This document shows positions 46,313 to 56,574 of a stretch of DNA of 61,172 bases, one piece after another; within the stretch, counting starts at the first letter, position 1, and each line of letters begins with the position of its first letter. The notes beneath the pieces were generated by a model that did not search any database, was not told the origin of the DNA, and was given only the letters and a program-made list of their open reading frames with translations. The translations under genes and the position numbers were made by a program. Source of the DNA: Saprolegnia diclina VS20 (Eukaryota); contig NW_008246076.1 in NCBI RefSeq assembly GCF_000281045.1, forward strand, positions 607,547-668,718. Direction: 5' to 3'.

Positions 46313-46889
46313 TTAGCGCGTCGTGTTGCGCGGGCGCACAAACATCTCTTCCTTGGTCTCTTCCATAAAGTCTTCTTGCTGGTTGCAGACGCGGAGAATC
46401 TCCTTCTTGCTCGGCTCTTGGAGGTTGCCACCAATGAGGAGCTCGTCCAGGATATAATACGCTTTGTGAAAGTTGAAGATGATGTCGAGCTCGCACACGT
46501 TGCCAAAGTACCGGTCGAGGACTTCGACAAACAAGTGGATGATCTCGAGCGTAATGAGCTCGTTCTCTTCCTTGGAGATGCACGCGACAAAGTACAAGCT
46601 CGCATACCTACAGCCTCGTCATATTCCGCATGCTCATGGCTTCGTCGCATAGGTAGCTACCGCTTGTAGACGATCTTCTGGTCCTTCCACTCGATAAAGT
46701 TGCACTGCTTCTGCGGCCGGCCGAGCACGAGCGACGTCACGTCGCGGATGATGCGCGCCTTGTCCTTGAGGGGCACCGCCGAGTACCACTTGGAGAGGCG
46801 CGTCTTGCCTTGGCGGCTCACGAGCAGCATGAAGTCGATCTACATGTCCATCTTGAGCCGCCGCCCACGACGCAGGATGGACGCACCAT
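46313..46889 (-). CDS. AP-1 adaptor complex sigma subunit (3 exons)
   Basis: ATG-only first coding exon (46889-46887) and introns 46886-46840 and 46660-46608. Reads [55 protein letters not shown]. Confidence 0.95.
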
Positions 46890-47242
46890 GATGCTGCGGC
46901 AAACACTTCGAAGTGAACTCTGGCCGCAACACGCAGGTATGCATTTTGACGGGTTTATCCGGATGTCAGACGTATCCGGATGATATGACGTGGCAATCTC
47001 AAACGCGCCGATATTAGCGTGTCGTCGACCCAGGTGACGGTCATCGGGCTCTTCCACCAACGGCTTTAACCTGCACACGCAATACAATTAGAGGAGTGCC
47101 ATTAGCGACGTCCACGATGACGTGCGAGAGCTGCAAGGCCCCGGGACCAGCAGGCGGTGCTAGACGTTACCGTATGAGGAAGAGCGCGTACGGAAGTGCG
47201 GCCGAGGTGGTTTGTTTTTGGTTTTCTTTTTGTTTGATTTTG

Positions 47243-48994
47243 TTACCAAGCTAACGACACTTGGAGCATCCCGACGTAGCCTTTCCGGTCCGGCACCTGC
47301 GCAAAGTTGTAGCCCTCGGCTGCAAGAAAGCGCTCGACGGCCGGCTTGAGACGCACGTGGTGCGAGTGGTGGCCCGACCCCGTCACAATGCAGATCGTCT
47401 CGGCCGTCACCGTCGGCAGCAGCTGCGACAGAAGCTCGAGCGCTTCGGCCACGTGCAGCCCGTGCAAGTCGAGGAGCCCGTCGCGCTCGTAGCTTGGGTT
47501 GCGCGCTTCAAAGATGAGGCTCGCAGCTTCGTAGTGCGCGTCCTTCATTTGCGCATTGTACGTCTGCCCTTGGCGCGAGAGGTCCTTCGCAAGGCTCTTG
47601 TTGCCCCTACGTATGGATAAGACTGCTGGCGTCGACATTGGATGCTAACTGGCGGTAGGCGTGCGTCGCATTCATAAAGCACTGGTTGCGCGCCAGCGCC
47701 AAGTCCCGGGCGCGCTCCCGCGCCTGCTTGTACTGCGCCGACACTTGGTACCCCGTATCGACCCAGCGCGTGGCCACGGGCTGCGAGAGCGACCGGGTAA
47801 ACAGCGGCGTCTACAAGTCAAAGTACTGAGGTTGGCCACATGGAGCCGAAGCGTGTACGTGGCGGCTGCTCGAGGTCGACGACGACGCCGACGGGAACGC
47901 TGCGTCGGGCTTCATCGAGAGCGCGCGCGCAAAGTCGAGCGAGAGGCCATCGGTCGAGGCCAACGGCGCCTTGGCGCTCGTCAGCGACGGAAAGTTGGTC
48001 GGCTCCAAGTTGTCGCGCATGTCGATCCAGTCGTCTTCTTCGTCGCTCTCTTGCGGCTGCTCCTGGCGCGCGCCGTACTCGACGATCGCCATTTCAAATG
48101 AGTGCGCAAACGCACACTCGTCGCCTTGGAGGCAGCCACCGCGGATCCAGTACCGGCACGTAATCAAGTGCGTGTCATGGAGAAACTAGCGAGGACTCAG
48201 CGTGACGACGAGTCCTCCTGGACGTACCCAGCAGTCGGCACGGCGGCACTCGCCTTGCAGGTAGTGGCGGCACACTTGGGCGTTCTGCTTTTGCGCCTCC
48301 GAATCGACAATAGCTTGCATGACGCCCTGGCCATCGACATCTCAGATCTCAGTGGCAGGGCGGACAACCGACCTGCGCGCGGTGCACGTCGAGCTCGACC
48401 TCTTTGAGCAGATCGAGGAGTCGCTCGGGGTCCATGGCAGGAAACACCGAGAGCAGTTGTTCCACGAGCTCGTACGCGATCGACCAGTAGAACGCGTCTT
48501 CGTCGTCCATGTCGACCTCGGCCCCGCCGTCGTCAGGCACGACCACGTCCTCAAACTCGGGCTCGAGCGACAAGGTGGGCTCCTGCACACGATCGAGGCG
48601 TCAAGGTGACGACGATATGATGGAGTTGGTGGACGTACGGCGCCCCACGGCACGTAGGCCGACGCCGTTGCATTCAACTGCGGCGACGCGGTCGAGGCGT
48701 CTTCGGCGTCGAGCAGCGCCAGCTGGTGCGGGTCCTTTACGTACAGGAGAAGCTCGTCGACAAAGTTCTCGGCGGCAGCCTATGGCGCCATGAGGCCGTG
48801 GCGTCGAGCGAGCGTCGTACCTGCTGCGAGTCGTCGAGCCAGCCCATGAGGAGCTCGAGCACCTCGGCGCGCTTCTCGTCTTCTTCATCGGCGTCGGCGC
48901 CATCGAGGCGTAGCATGCCGAGGACATAGGGCGCGAAGACGCTGTCGACGCCGAGGCCCGTGAGCTGCTGGGCCGTCCACGCGGTCACGGCCAT
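47243..48994 (-). CDS. Smr-domain protein with PAM2, CUE-like, two CCCH zinc fingers and a DUF1771-like region
   Basis: LNATASAYVP (PAM2-like), LLSVFPAMD (CUE-like), CRHYLQGEC and CRYWIRGGCLQGDECAFAH (CCCH), LDLHGLHVAEA..IVTGSGHHS (Smr). Confidence 0.82.
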
Positions 48995-49679
48995 TGCCTG
49001 CGCAGAATTTTAATCACTGGCATCGTCTGTTCACCATGTACCTTGCAGTTTGTATACATTACATGGGCATTGATACAACACCCTTCATATAAGTTTGCCA
49101 CAGAGGACGAGGGAGAGAGCGGTCGACTTTCGCGCGTCGGCGTCGGGCGAAGGTAGAGTCGATGCATCCACCAAGTATGTAAATGAGTAGATTCATAAAG
49201 GCGGAAGTGACGCGATAGCGAGGTGGACAAGTGCAAAGTGCAAAGTGCAATGTCAGCAGGTCGACCAACGCAGACAGACACCGCTACATTCTCATGGCTG
49301 AGGGTAGGGTGTGTGTGGTTTATAGTCCAACTCGCATAGGCTTTCTACTCTCGGCGCGACTCTTGAGGCGCCATGGCCGAGGACTAGTGTCCCCAGTAGG
49401 AAGCAGAGTCGCCTCTGATGCACGGTGCATCGCCAATATTGACGGGCTGGCGGCAATCAATTCCCACGGAAATTTCGTCGAATGCGCACGAATGGTACAA
49501 GAAAATAAGACATTGTTCTTATTCCTTGACCTAATCGGCCACTGCAGCTCATTTTGAATATGTACAATATCGCAATAGAAGCAAAAGCAGGAGCGTCATC
49601 GGACGCTTGAATAGTGGCACAACGTAGTGTATATCGGAGCGGGATCGATCGACGTTATTAGTCTGTCACCGAACAGCGT

Positions 49680-52600
49680 CTAAAAGCCGTGGTATGTTCG
49701 CAAAGCGGGGCGCAGGATCGACGGTTTGGCTTTGGCGTGGTCGCGGGCGGTCTGATGCACTTGCATGCGCGCGGCTACCATCTTTCGCCGCACGGTGCGC
49801 ACAAACTTTTGCGCGCGGAAGCAGCGAAAGCGCCGCTGGATACGCATCGCGGCCGCGTGTCGCTCGGCCAGCGTTGCCGCGTGGGCGTCTTCGCGTGCCG
49901 ACCGCGTTGGCACATGATTGGATAGCTTTTTGCTGCGCAAATCCAAAGCCGATCCTTTGGTTGTCATCGACGTTGCGTGTACGTGTTGTGCCGCCAAGTT
50001 GTCGAGCATGCCTTGACGACTGCGCACGCGAATGTCATTTTTGATCTCTTCAATCGTCTACACCCGCAGGTCAAAACGACAACACACGATGACGGCACAG
50101 TACTTGGTGGCCGTCGGCGTGCGTGACGAGCACGCGTCGATTGCTCGAGTTGGCGCAGGCGCCGGTGCCCCCCGAGAGGTGCCATGCGTTGCGCATCATG
50201 AGCTCAAAGTAGTCGTCGCCGTCGATCGACGCGCTAATGCCCTAAACCACGTCGATACCGTCGTGAAATGTACCGTAAAGCGAGAAAATACGGTACGCGG
50301 TAGTATGTTTCAAACTCGGCCAGCGAGACCGTGCCGTCGCCATCGAGGTCCCAGTGCTGCATGAATTGCACCAGTGCATCGCGTGGTGTGAGTCGCCCGG
50401 CGACCACATCGGGGTGGTGCGTCACGTCAAAGCCCTTGCGAAGGTCGTCGATCGTGACTTGCCCGTCGCCGTCGACGTCGAGAACGCTGTACGCTTGGTG
50501 TATAAGCGCTCGTCGGCGGTCGTTGAGTTCGCCTCGAAGCCCGGTGAGGAGTTCGTCAAAGCTGATGGTGCCGCTGTGGTCGGTGTCGAGGAGTGTCATG
50601 AGCTGGTCGATGTCGTGCAAATGAATCTCAATGCCGTAGGTCTCCAAGCCAGATTTGAGTTCGTTCTTGGTGAGTTTGCCATCGCCGCCGTCGTCCCAGA
50701 TGCGCATCACTCTAAGTGTACCGTCAAGGATGGACACTACGCAATGTGCAATAGGTATACCGCTGCACTGCGTGGATGCCAGCAGCGCCGCCCCGTGCTA
50801 CGATCTTGGCTTTGAGTCGATCAAGGACGTTGCCAGCAAGGACGCCCGTCGCCCGAGGCGGGGCGCCAAAGCGAGAGGTAAACCGCGCGTGCAGAGCCGG
50901 AATGTCGATCACTTGAGACCCTACCCCTTGCACGCTAGGTCAAAAAGTTATGGACATAGATGGCACCCGAATCGTCCATCGCGCGGGCAATCACGAGGGC
51001 GTCGCGGGACGAGAGCATCTTGTCTCGCTTGCTCAAAGCCGTGGCAAAGGCCTTGAGATGCACGCGCTCTTGCCCGCTGCCGAGAACGCGGTTGGCGCCA
51101 AGGCGGTGGGCGAGGCCGTCGACGGTGCACGGCGGATCGAAAAGCGTGTGCTTGACGTACGCCAACGGGTCTTGCAGTCGCGTCGCAAAGGCGTCGGTGT
51201 GCTTCTCTTCGTGCGCGCGGCGTGGCGTGAGTGTGGCTTCGACGACGCGCTACCAAGCGAGCATTTCGAACATTGAAATAAAGAGCAATAAAAAGTACTT
51301 GGTTGCCGTCGGCGTCTTCGTGGAGCACGCGCTTGTTGGCCGAGTTGGCACACCAGCCGACCCCGCCGGAAATGCGCCACGCATTGCGAATCATGAGCTC
51401 AAAGTACGCATCGTCGTCGATCGACGCGCTCACATTCTACGCCATTTTAGCAATTAAAAAGCGCTCGTTTGGTTTGTTCAAAAGACAACAGTGTACCTGG
51501 TAGTAGTGCTCAAACTCGGCGAGCGTGATCACACCGTCCTTCTCGTCCGTGTCCCACTGCGCCATAAACTCGGAAAGGATATCGTCGGCAGCTTTTTCAC
51601 CGCTGATGAACGCCGGGTGCTTGGTCGTATCGTAGAGTTCACGGACGTCGTCAAGGGTCACGACGCCGTCCCCGTTGACATCGAGCTTTTGAAACGCGAG
51701 GCTGATCATCGCAAGGCGCGCGGGCGCGATAGGTCCGCGTAGTGCGAGGAGAAACTCATCAAAGCTAATCGACCCGTCGCCGTCACGGTCGAGCGCGCTC
51801 ATGATAGCATCGACCTCCGCCGGCGAACAGTCGACACCAAAGTCCCGGAGACCAAACTGCAATTCGTCGCGGCTCAAGCGACCGTCACGGTTGGCGTCCA
51901 ACGCTCGCATCGTTCGACTGAGCGTATGAATACCGGCATGGTCACCACTACGCTGTAAGAGCACAGCTTTTACGTGAGCGAGAAGGGCGTCCCTACGCGC
52001 GATAGGATGAGTAGAGAAGACTAGATCGTTAGCGTCGTACGGTGCAGAAGACTCATTTTTCGATCGCATCGACGCTTGTGATCCCCGGCTTTTGGACGTA
52101 TGTAGTGGTGTAGACGGGGCCTGGTTGCGCGACACGGACGTCAACGCCCGACTGGCAGCAGTCGGAGGTCGACTGGCAGCAGTAAGAACGCGCGACGTGC
52201 TTGACCGATGCGTGGAGCCCGTGCTCGGTCGTGCGGTGCCAAGCCGGGTCGGCGGCACTTGGTTGGACGCTGGGCGACTCACCATCGATGCCCGCCCGCC
52301 CGACGGAATGCTTCCGCGACTCGGCGCCAGACGTTTCTGGGTCTGGGCGGTGCCAGGACGCTTGTCATGGTTGCTTTGGTTGCTGGTAGGATGGGCAGAG
52401 TACGCGCGTTCTGACTTGAGCCTTGCACCGCCCGCCACGGACGACGAGGCTGTTACAGGCCGTAAACTGTGCGTGCTCTGGTTCGACGCAGGTCGACCGT
52501 ACATGGCTTTGCTGACGGTCGACGCACGGGTGCTCGCCGTCGCTGGTCGATCATCGTGGCGGCTTTGGTTGGAGGTGGGGCGACCATACATCGGCTCGGA

Positions 52601-53068
52601 CGCCCGGCTGCTGGACCAACCGCCTCGACTCGGCGTCATCGCCAGCGATTGCTTTTGAAACACAAACGACACGCGACCTTGGGTGCAGAGCCACTCGCCA
52701 AGGGGAAGAAAACCGAGGCGAATGTCCTCGCCGCGCGCCATGGCATCGGTGAGCACGCGTCGAATGACATCAAGAAACGCCTCCACACAGTGCTCGTCGA
52801 GACGCTGGATCCGTGCTGCGTGGGCAAGATTGAGCGTTGGCGCCAGCCGCACTGGTGTTTTGGCAAACGCGACGTCGACAAAGGTGCTCGGAGGTTCAAA
52901 CTGGAGTAAGCGCTCGAGGCGAATGGGGACGCGTCGATGCACATGGTCGCAAAGGCCGTCGACGAGACACTTCCAAAGCTGGACGCTGGCCGGCAGCGAC
53001 AGCCCTGGCGTGGCTTCACTTGCAGCTTGGACGACGTCGGCCGTCACGACACTTGCGCGGGCTTGCAT
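49680..53068 (-). CDS. Calcyphosin-like multi-EF-hand protein with C-terminal IQ motif
   Basis: Two four-EF-hand modules (DANRDGRLSRDE, DRDGDGSISFDE, DVNGDGVVTLDD; DTDHSGTISFDE, DVDGDGQVTIDD). Each is followed by a calcyphosin-type ASID.D.YFELM.RNAW segment. IQRRFRCFRAQK at the C-terminus. Confidence 0.85.
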
Positions 53069-53413
53069 GATTGACGTTTCTCAACTGCTCGCACTGAAAA
53101 AACGCTTCCTCAATATGTACCAACGTCGCCATTTCTTCGATACGGACGCGGGTACATTCAACACGACGCAAGATGGAGTAGACATTGACAAACACCACTA
53201 TACGATGTATAGTGCGTGTGGTTTGGACCCTGCTGTAGACGCAAGCAACGATATACCGGCGCGGGTTGCTAACCCTACACCTACCCTAACCACATCTCAG
53301 TCTATTTTGGCGCACATCAGTGCAGTTCAAAAGCGCATCAAAGAAGAATGCCTTGCTACACGATACGTCCGCACCGTGCTTGTCGCGAGCGTGGCGACGA
53401 TGACAGCAGCCCA

Positions 53414-53839
53414 ATGAAGGCCGACACCAAAGGAAACAAGAATATCTCCTTGGCCGATGCGCACGACTCCAACCAGCTCGAGGACATGACGTGGCAGCCC
53501 AAGCGCCAAGCACTCGAGCCCGAGATGGATGAGTGTCTTTTGAGCGACACTGCGTCTTCGTGCTCCCACGCGTCCTATGTGACGCTCCGAGAAGAGCCGC
53601 GACGACGATCGTGTTCCCAGCGCTCGGTGACGCTAATTGCATTTGCGCCCATCGATTGGACGTCGCCCCAGTGGACGCCAATGTCCTTCATCTCCTCAGT
53701 CGTCGAGTATCGGCCGTTCGAGGCCCCGCTGGCAACACGCTACACGCTCTTTTCCCGGCGCTTCCTAACGCTGCAGCCGATGCTAACACGCCGCGACGTC
53801 CTGCAAGGATACGACTCGTGGCTAGATTTCTCAGGCTAG
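53414..53839 (+). CDS. Small hypothetical protein
   Basis: ORF MKADTKGNK..WLDFSG with coding-like composition; no motif recognised. Confidence 0.35.
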   Translation: MKADTKGNKNISLADAHDSNQLEDMTWQPKRQALEPEMDECLLSDTASSCSHASYVTLREEPRRRSCSQRSVTLIAFAPIDWTSPQWTPMSFISSVVEYRPFEAPLATRYTLFSRRFLTLQPMLTRRDVLQGYDSWLDFSG

Positions 53840-53870
53840 TACCATCAAATCGAAATGTTTTAGTTAGAAT

Positions 53871-54296
53871 TTAAGATGCGACCGGTTTCTTCGCACGAAG
53901 TGTCGCGAGCATACTCTCTTCCCAGTCTTCCCACTGCTCGTTTTCGTTTTCCAGAAGGAGGCGTTGGCGCTTCTGGTGCAAGAACGGGTACGCGCACACG
54001 AGACCGATGATTGCAAGCACTGGCAGACCTTCGACAGGACACGCAAAGGAGAAGAAGAGCGCCATGAGACCCATGGTCGGCCAGAACGAGTGGAGCTCGA
54101 CCTTGGCATGAATTATCTTGCTCGTCTCCATGAAGGCGAGTCGCTTGACGTCCTTCGTTGTAGGGTTTTCGATTGCATCAAGCGCCGACGTGTCGATGGT
54201 CTTGGGAGCATACAGGAAGCGCGGCGCGCAGTCGATCCACTCGCCCGCGTACAAGACACCAAGACCAAAGGCACCGACGACGAGGTTGAGCGTCAT
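53871..54296 (-). CDS. Small membrane protein (141 aa, ~3 hydrophobic segments)
   Basis: MTLNLVVGAFGLGVLY..; similar in layout to the divergent neighbour at 54699-55124. Confidence 0.6.
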   Translation of the reverse strand: MTLNLVVGAFGLGVLYAGEWIDCAPRFLYAPKTIDTSALDAIENPTTKDVKRLAFMETSKIIHAKVELHSFWPTMGLMALFFSFACPVEGLPVLAIIGLVCAYPFLHQKRQRLLLENENEQWEDWEESMLATLRAKKPVAS

Positions 54297-54698
54297 ACTT
54301 GAGGCAAATGGCAAACTGAGTGTGATTGCACATATGTGTTTTGAGAGGTTCTGTGTCGCACCAACCGAACGGCACCAAATTTTGATGTCGCGCACATGTA
54401 CATGTACTGCAGAAAGTTCGCGCAGGAATCGCCTTGACTACCAGTATACCAAGAGGATACTATGGACAACAATTAACTATTTTGATCGTATATCTATTTC
54501 ACTATGGCCCTGTTCTGCACTTCAGCCTGCAGACAGGGCCATAGTGAAATAGGTCAACCAGCGGCGAATCCTGATTATCCAACGAAGGATGAGTTGTCTG
54601 GTCGGATGGTTTTTATGAATGCCGCTGAATATACGTTGTGAGAGGTCGCGGCAGAGCACAGACAATGCGCTGCAGTAGTATTTCGCAACAAGCTGGAC

Positions 54699-55124
54699 AT
54701 GACTACGTGGACCGGATTCTTGACCATCGTCGTGCTCGGCGGCAGCCTCTTCCTCATGCTTGTGGCCCCGTACTTCATTGCCAAGATGCAACCGGCCCTG
54801 CCAGTTGACTGCGGCGACATCCACGCCCCGCACGCCAAGCGACTCGCCAAGCAGCACGTCAAGCGGCTATGGCGCACTTACTTTTTTCACTGCGACCGCC
54901 TCAACCGCCACATGCAGAGCTTCACGTTCATCTGCCTCTTGAGCAATAACGTGTCCGTAGCCGAAATCCCGGACGTTGTGATGATCTCCATCATGGTCGG
55001 CGTCCTTGCGCACGCGTGGTACGGCTGCGACCACGCCGTGAGCCAAAAACGGGCCGACCACGAACGCGAGCAGTGGGCAAAGCACCTCGAACATGTCAAA
55101 GAGAACAAGCGCAGTGGCAAATAG
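54699..55124 (+). CDS. Small membrane protein (141 aa, ~3 hydrophobic segments)
   Basis: MTTWTGFLTIVVLGGSLFLML..; coding-like codon usage and motifs shared with 53871-54296. Confidence 0.65.
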   Translation: MTTWTGFLTIVVLGGSLFLMLVAPYFIAKMQPALPVDCGDIHAPHAKRLAKQHVKRLWRTYFFHCDRLNRHMQSFTFICLLSNNVSVAEIPDVVMISIMVGVLAHAWYGCDHAVSQKRADHEREQWAKHLEHVKENKRSGK

Positions 55125-55332
55125 GGTCTATTGTACTTGAGTAATGTACTGATTGCCATGGAACTGTGGCACATTAGTCTTGGGACATCCCCTGCCCAAA
55201 CCACAACATTCATCATCGTTCAAGGAGCTCTGCATCGAGCAAGTCGCGTTTGCGGGCTTGATGACTGGACTACAATGTCTCGACCAAGTAAGTTGTGGCG
55301 GGGAAAAGCGCTGCATTGCCGAACGACAACCA

Positions 55333-55848
55333 CTACGACGACTCAAAGGGTGGCGACAAGAACGGGACCAAGGCGGCCACCCAAGGCAGTTCGGACGTTG
55401 GCGCTTGCACGCTCTTGTCGCGCAGTGGCACTGACCGGAGGCGGCAACACGTCACGTGGGCCTCGTACAGGCGCTCGGCAATTGGATCAGCGCGTGTTAA
55501 CTTTGGGCTCACGACAACCCGCGACATGGCCGCCGTGAGGTCGTCGCTCCTCGTGTTCGACTGTTTAAGTTTGGGGAAGAACCGCAGCACGTTGAACCAC
55601 GGCTCGATTTCGGCAAGAATTTCTTGGGCTGCGGGAGCATGGCCCCGACGCACCAAGTACGTCATGGCGAGAAGAGCGCCACCTTCTGGCACAATGAGCT
55701 GGTACGCGTTGGTGTTCATTGCAGTCCAGAGAAGATCCTGTCCTTGAGCTGAGCAGAAAAATGAGTTGAGTGCCCGCCGGGGCATCATGTTGAACTGCGC
55801 GACGTAGTATTGGGCGACAAGCAACGCTTCGTAGCTCGAGACAGGCCC
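55333..55848 (-). pseudogene. Truncated fragment resembling a bacterial-type hypothetical protein family
   Basis: LNSFFCSAQG..YQLIVPEGGALLAMTYL..AAQEILAEIEPWFNVLRFFP. The sequence decays soon after, and the 5' part lies in the N-gap. Confidence 0.45.
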
Positions 55849-56274
55849 NNNNNNNNNNNNNNNNNNNNNNNNNNNNNNNNNNNNNNNNNNNNNNNNNNNN
55901 NNNNNNNNNNNNNNNNNNNNNNNNNNNNNNNNNNNNNNNNNNNNNNNNNNNNNNNNNNNNNNNNNNNNNNNNNNNNNNNNNNNNNNNNNNNNNNNNNNNN
56001 NNNNNNNNNNNNNNNNNNNNNNNNNNNNNNNNNNNNNNNNNNNNNNNNNNNNNNNNNNNNNNNNNNNNNNNNNNNNNNNNNNNNNNNNNNNNNNNNNNNN
56101 NNNNNNNNNNNNNNNNNNNNNNNNNNNNNNNNNNNNNNNNNNNNNNNNNNNNNNNNNNNNNNNNNNNNNNNNNNNNNNNNNNNNNNNNNNNNNNNNNNNN
56201 NNNNNNNNNNNNNNNNNNNNNNNNNNNNNNNNNNNNNNNNNNNNNNNNNNNNNNNNNNNNNNNNNNNNNNNNNN
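55849..56274. other. Assembly gap (N run)
   Basis: Run of N. Confidence 1.
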
Positions 56275-56574
56275 AGACGTTGATTTCGGCGGCTCAAGAC
56301 GGAACAACTCGTTACGATTACCAAGGAGCATACATACTTAGTTGTATCATGCTCCTTGCGACCACTACGTACGACACTGTGAGATTCATGATCGGACAGT
56401 GTCTGGTCGACTCGAATCCAGCGCTCCCCCACAAGATCGCACTCGCCGCGCTGTGATTGGCTCAAATGAATTTATTTTATTGCATACAAACACCAAGCTA
56501 GAATAAAATTTCGAAAACTGCACGACCCACCGATCTTCAAACGGCAAAGTGCAAGCAATCGAACGAGTGGCAGC

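Noticed and set aside
55785..56465. ORFs spanning N runs (also 59509-60321)
   Set aside because: Artefacts of the assembly gaps.
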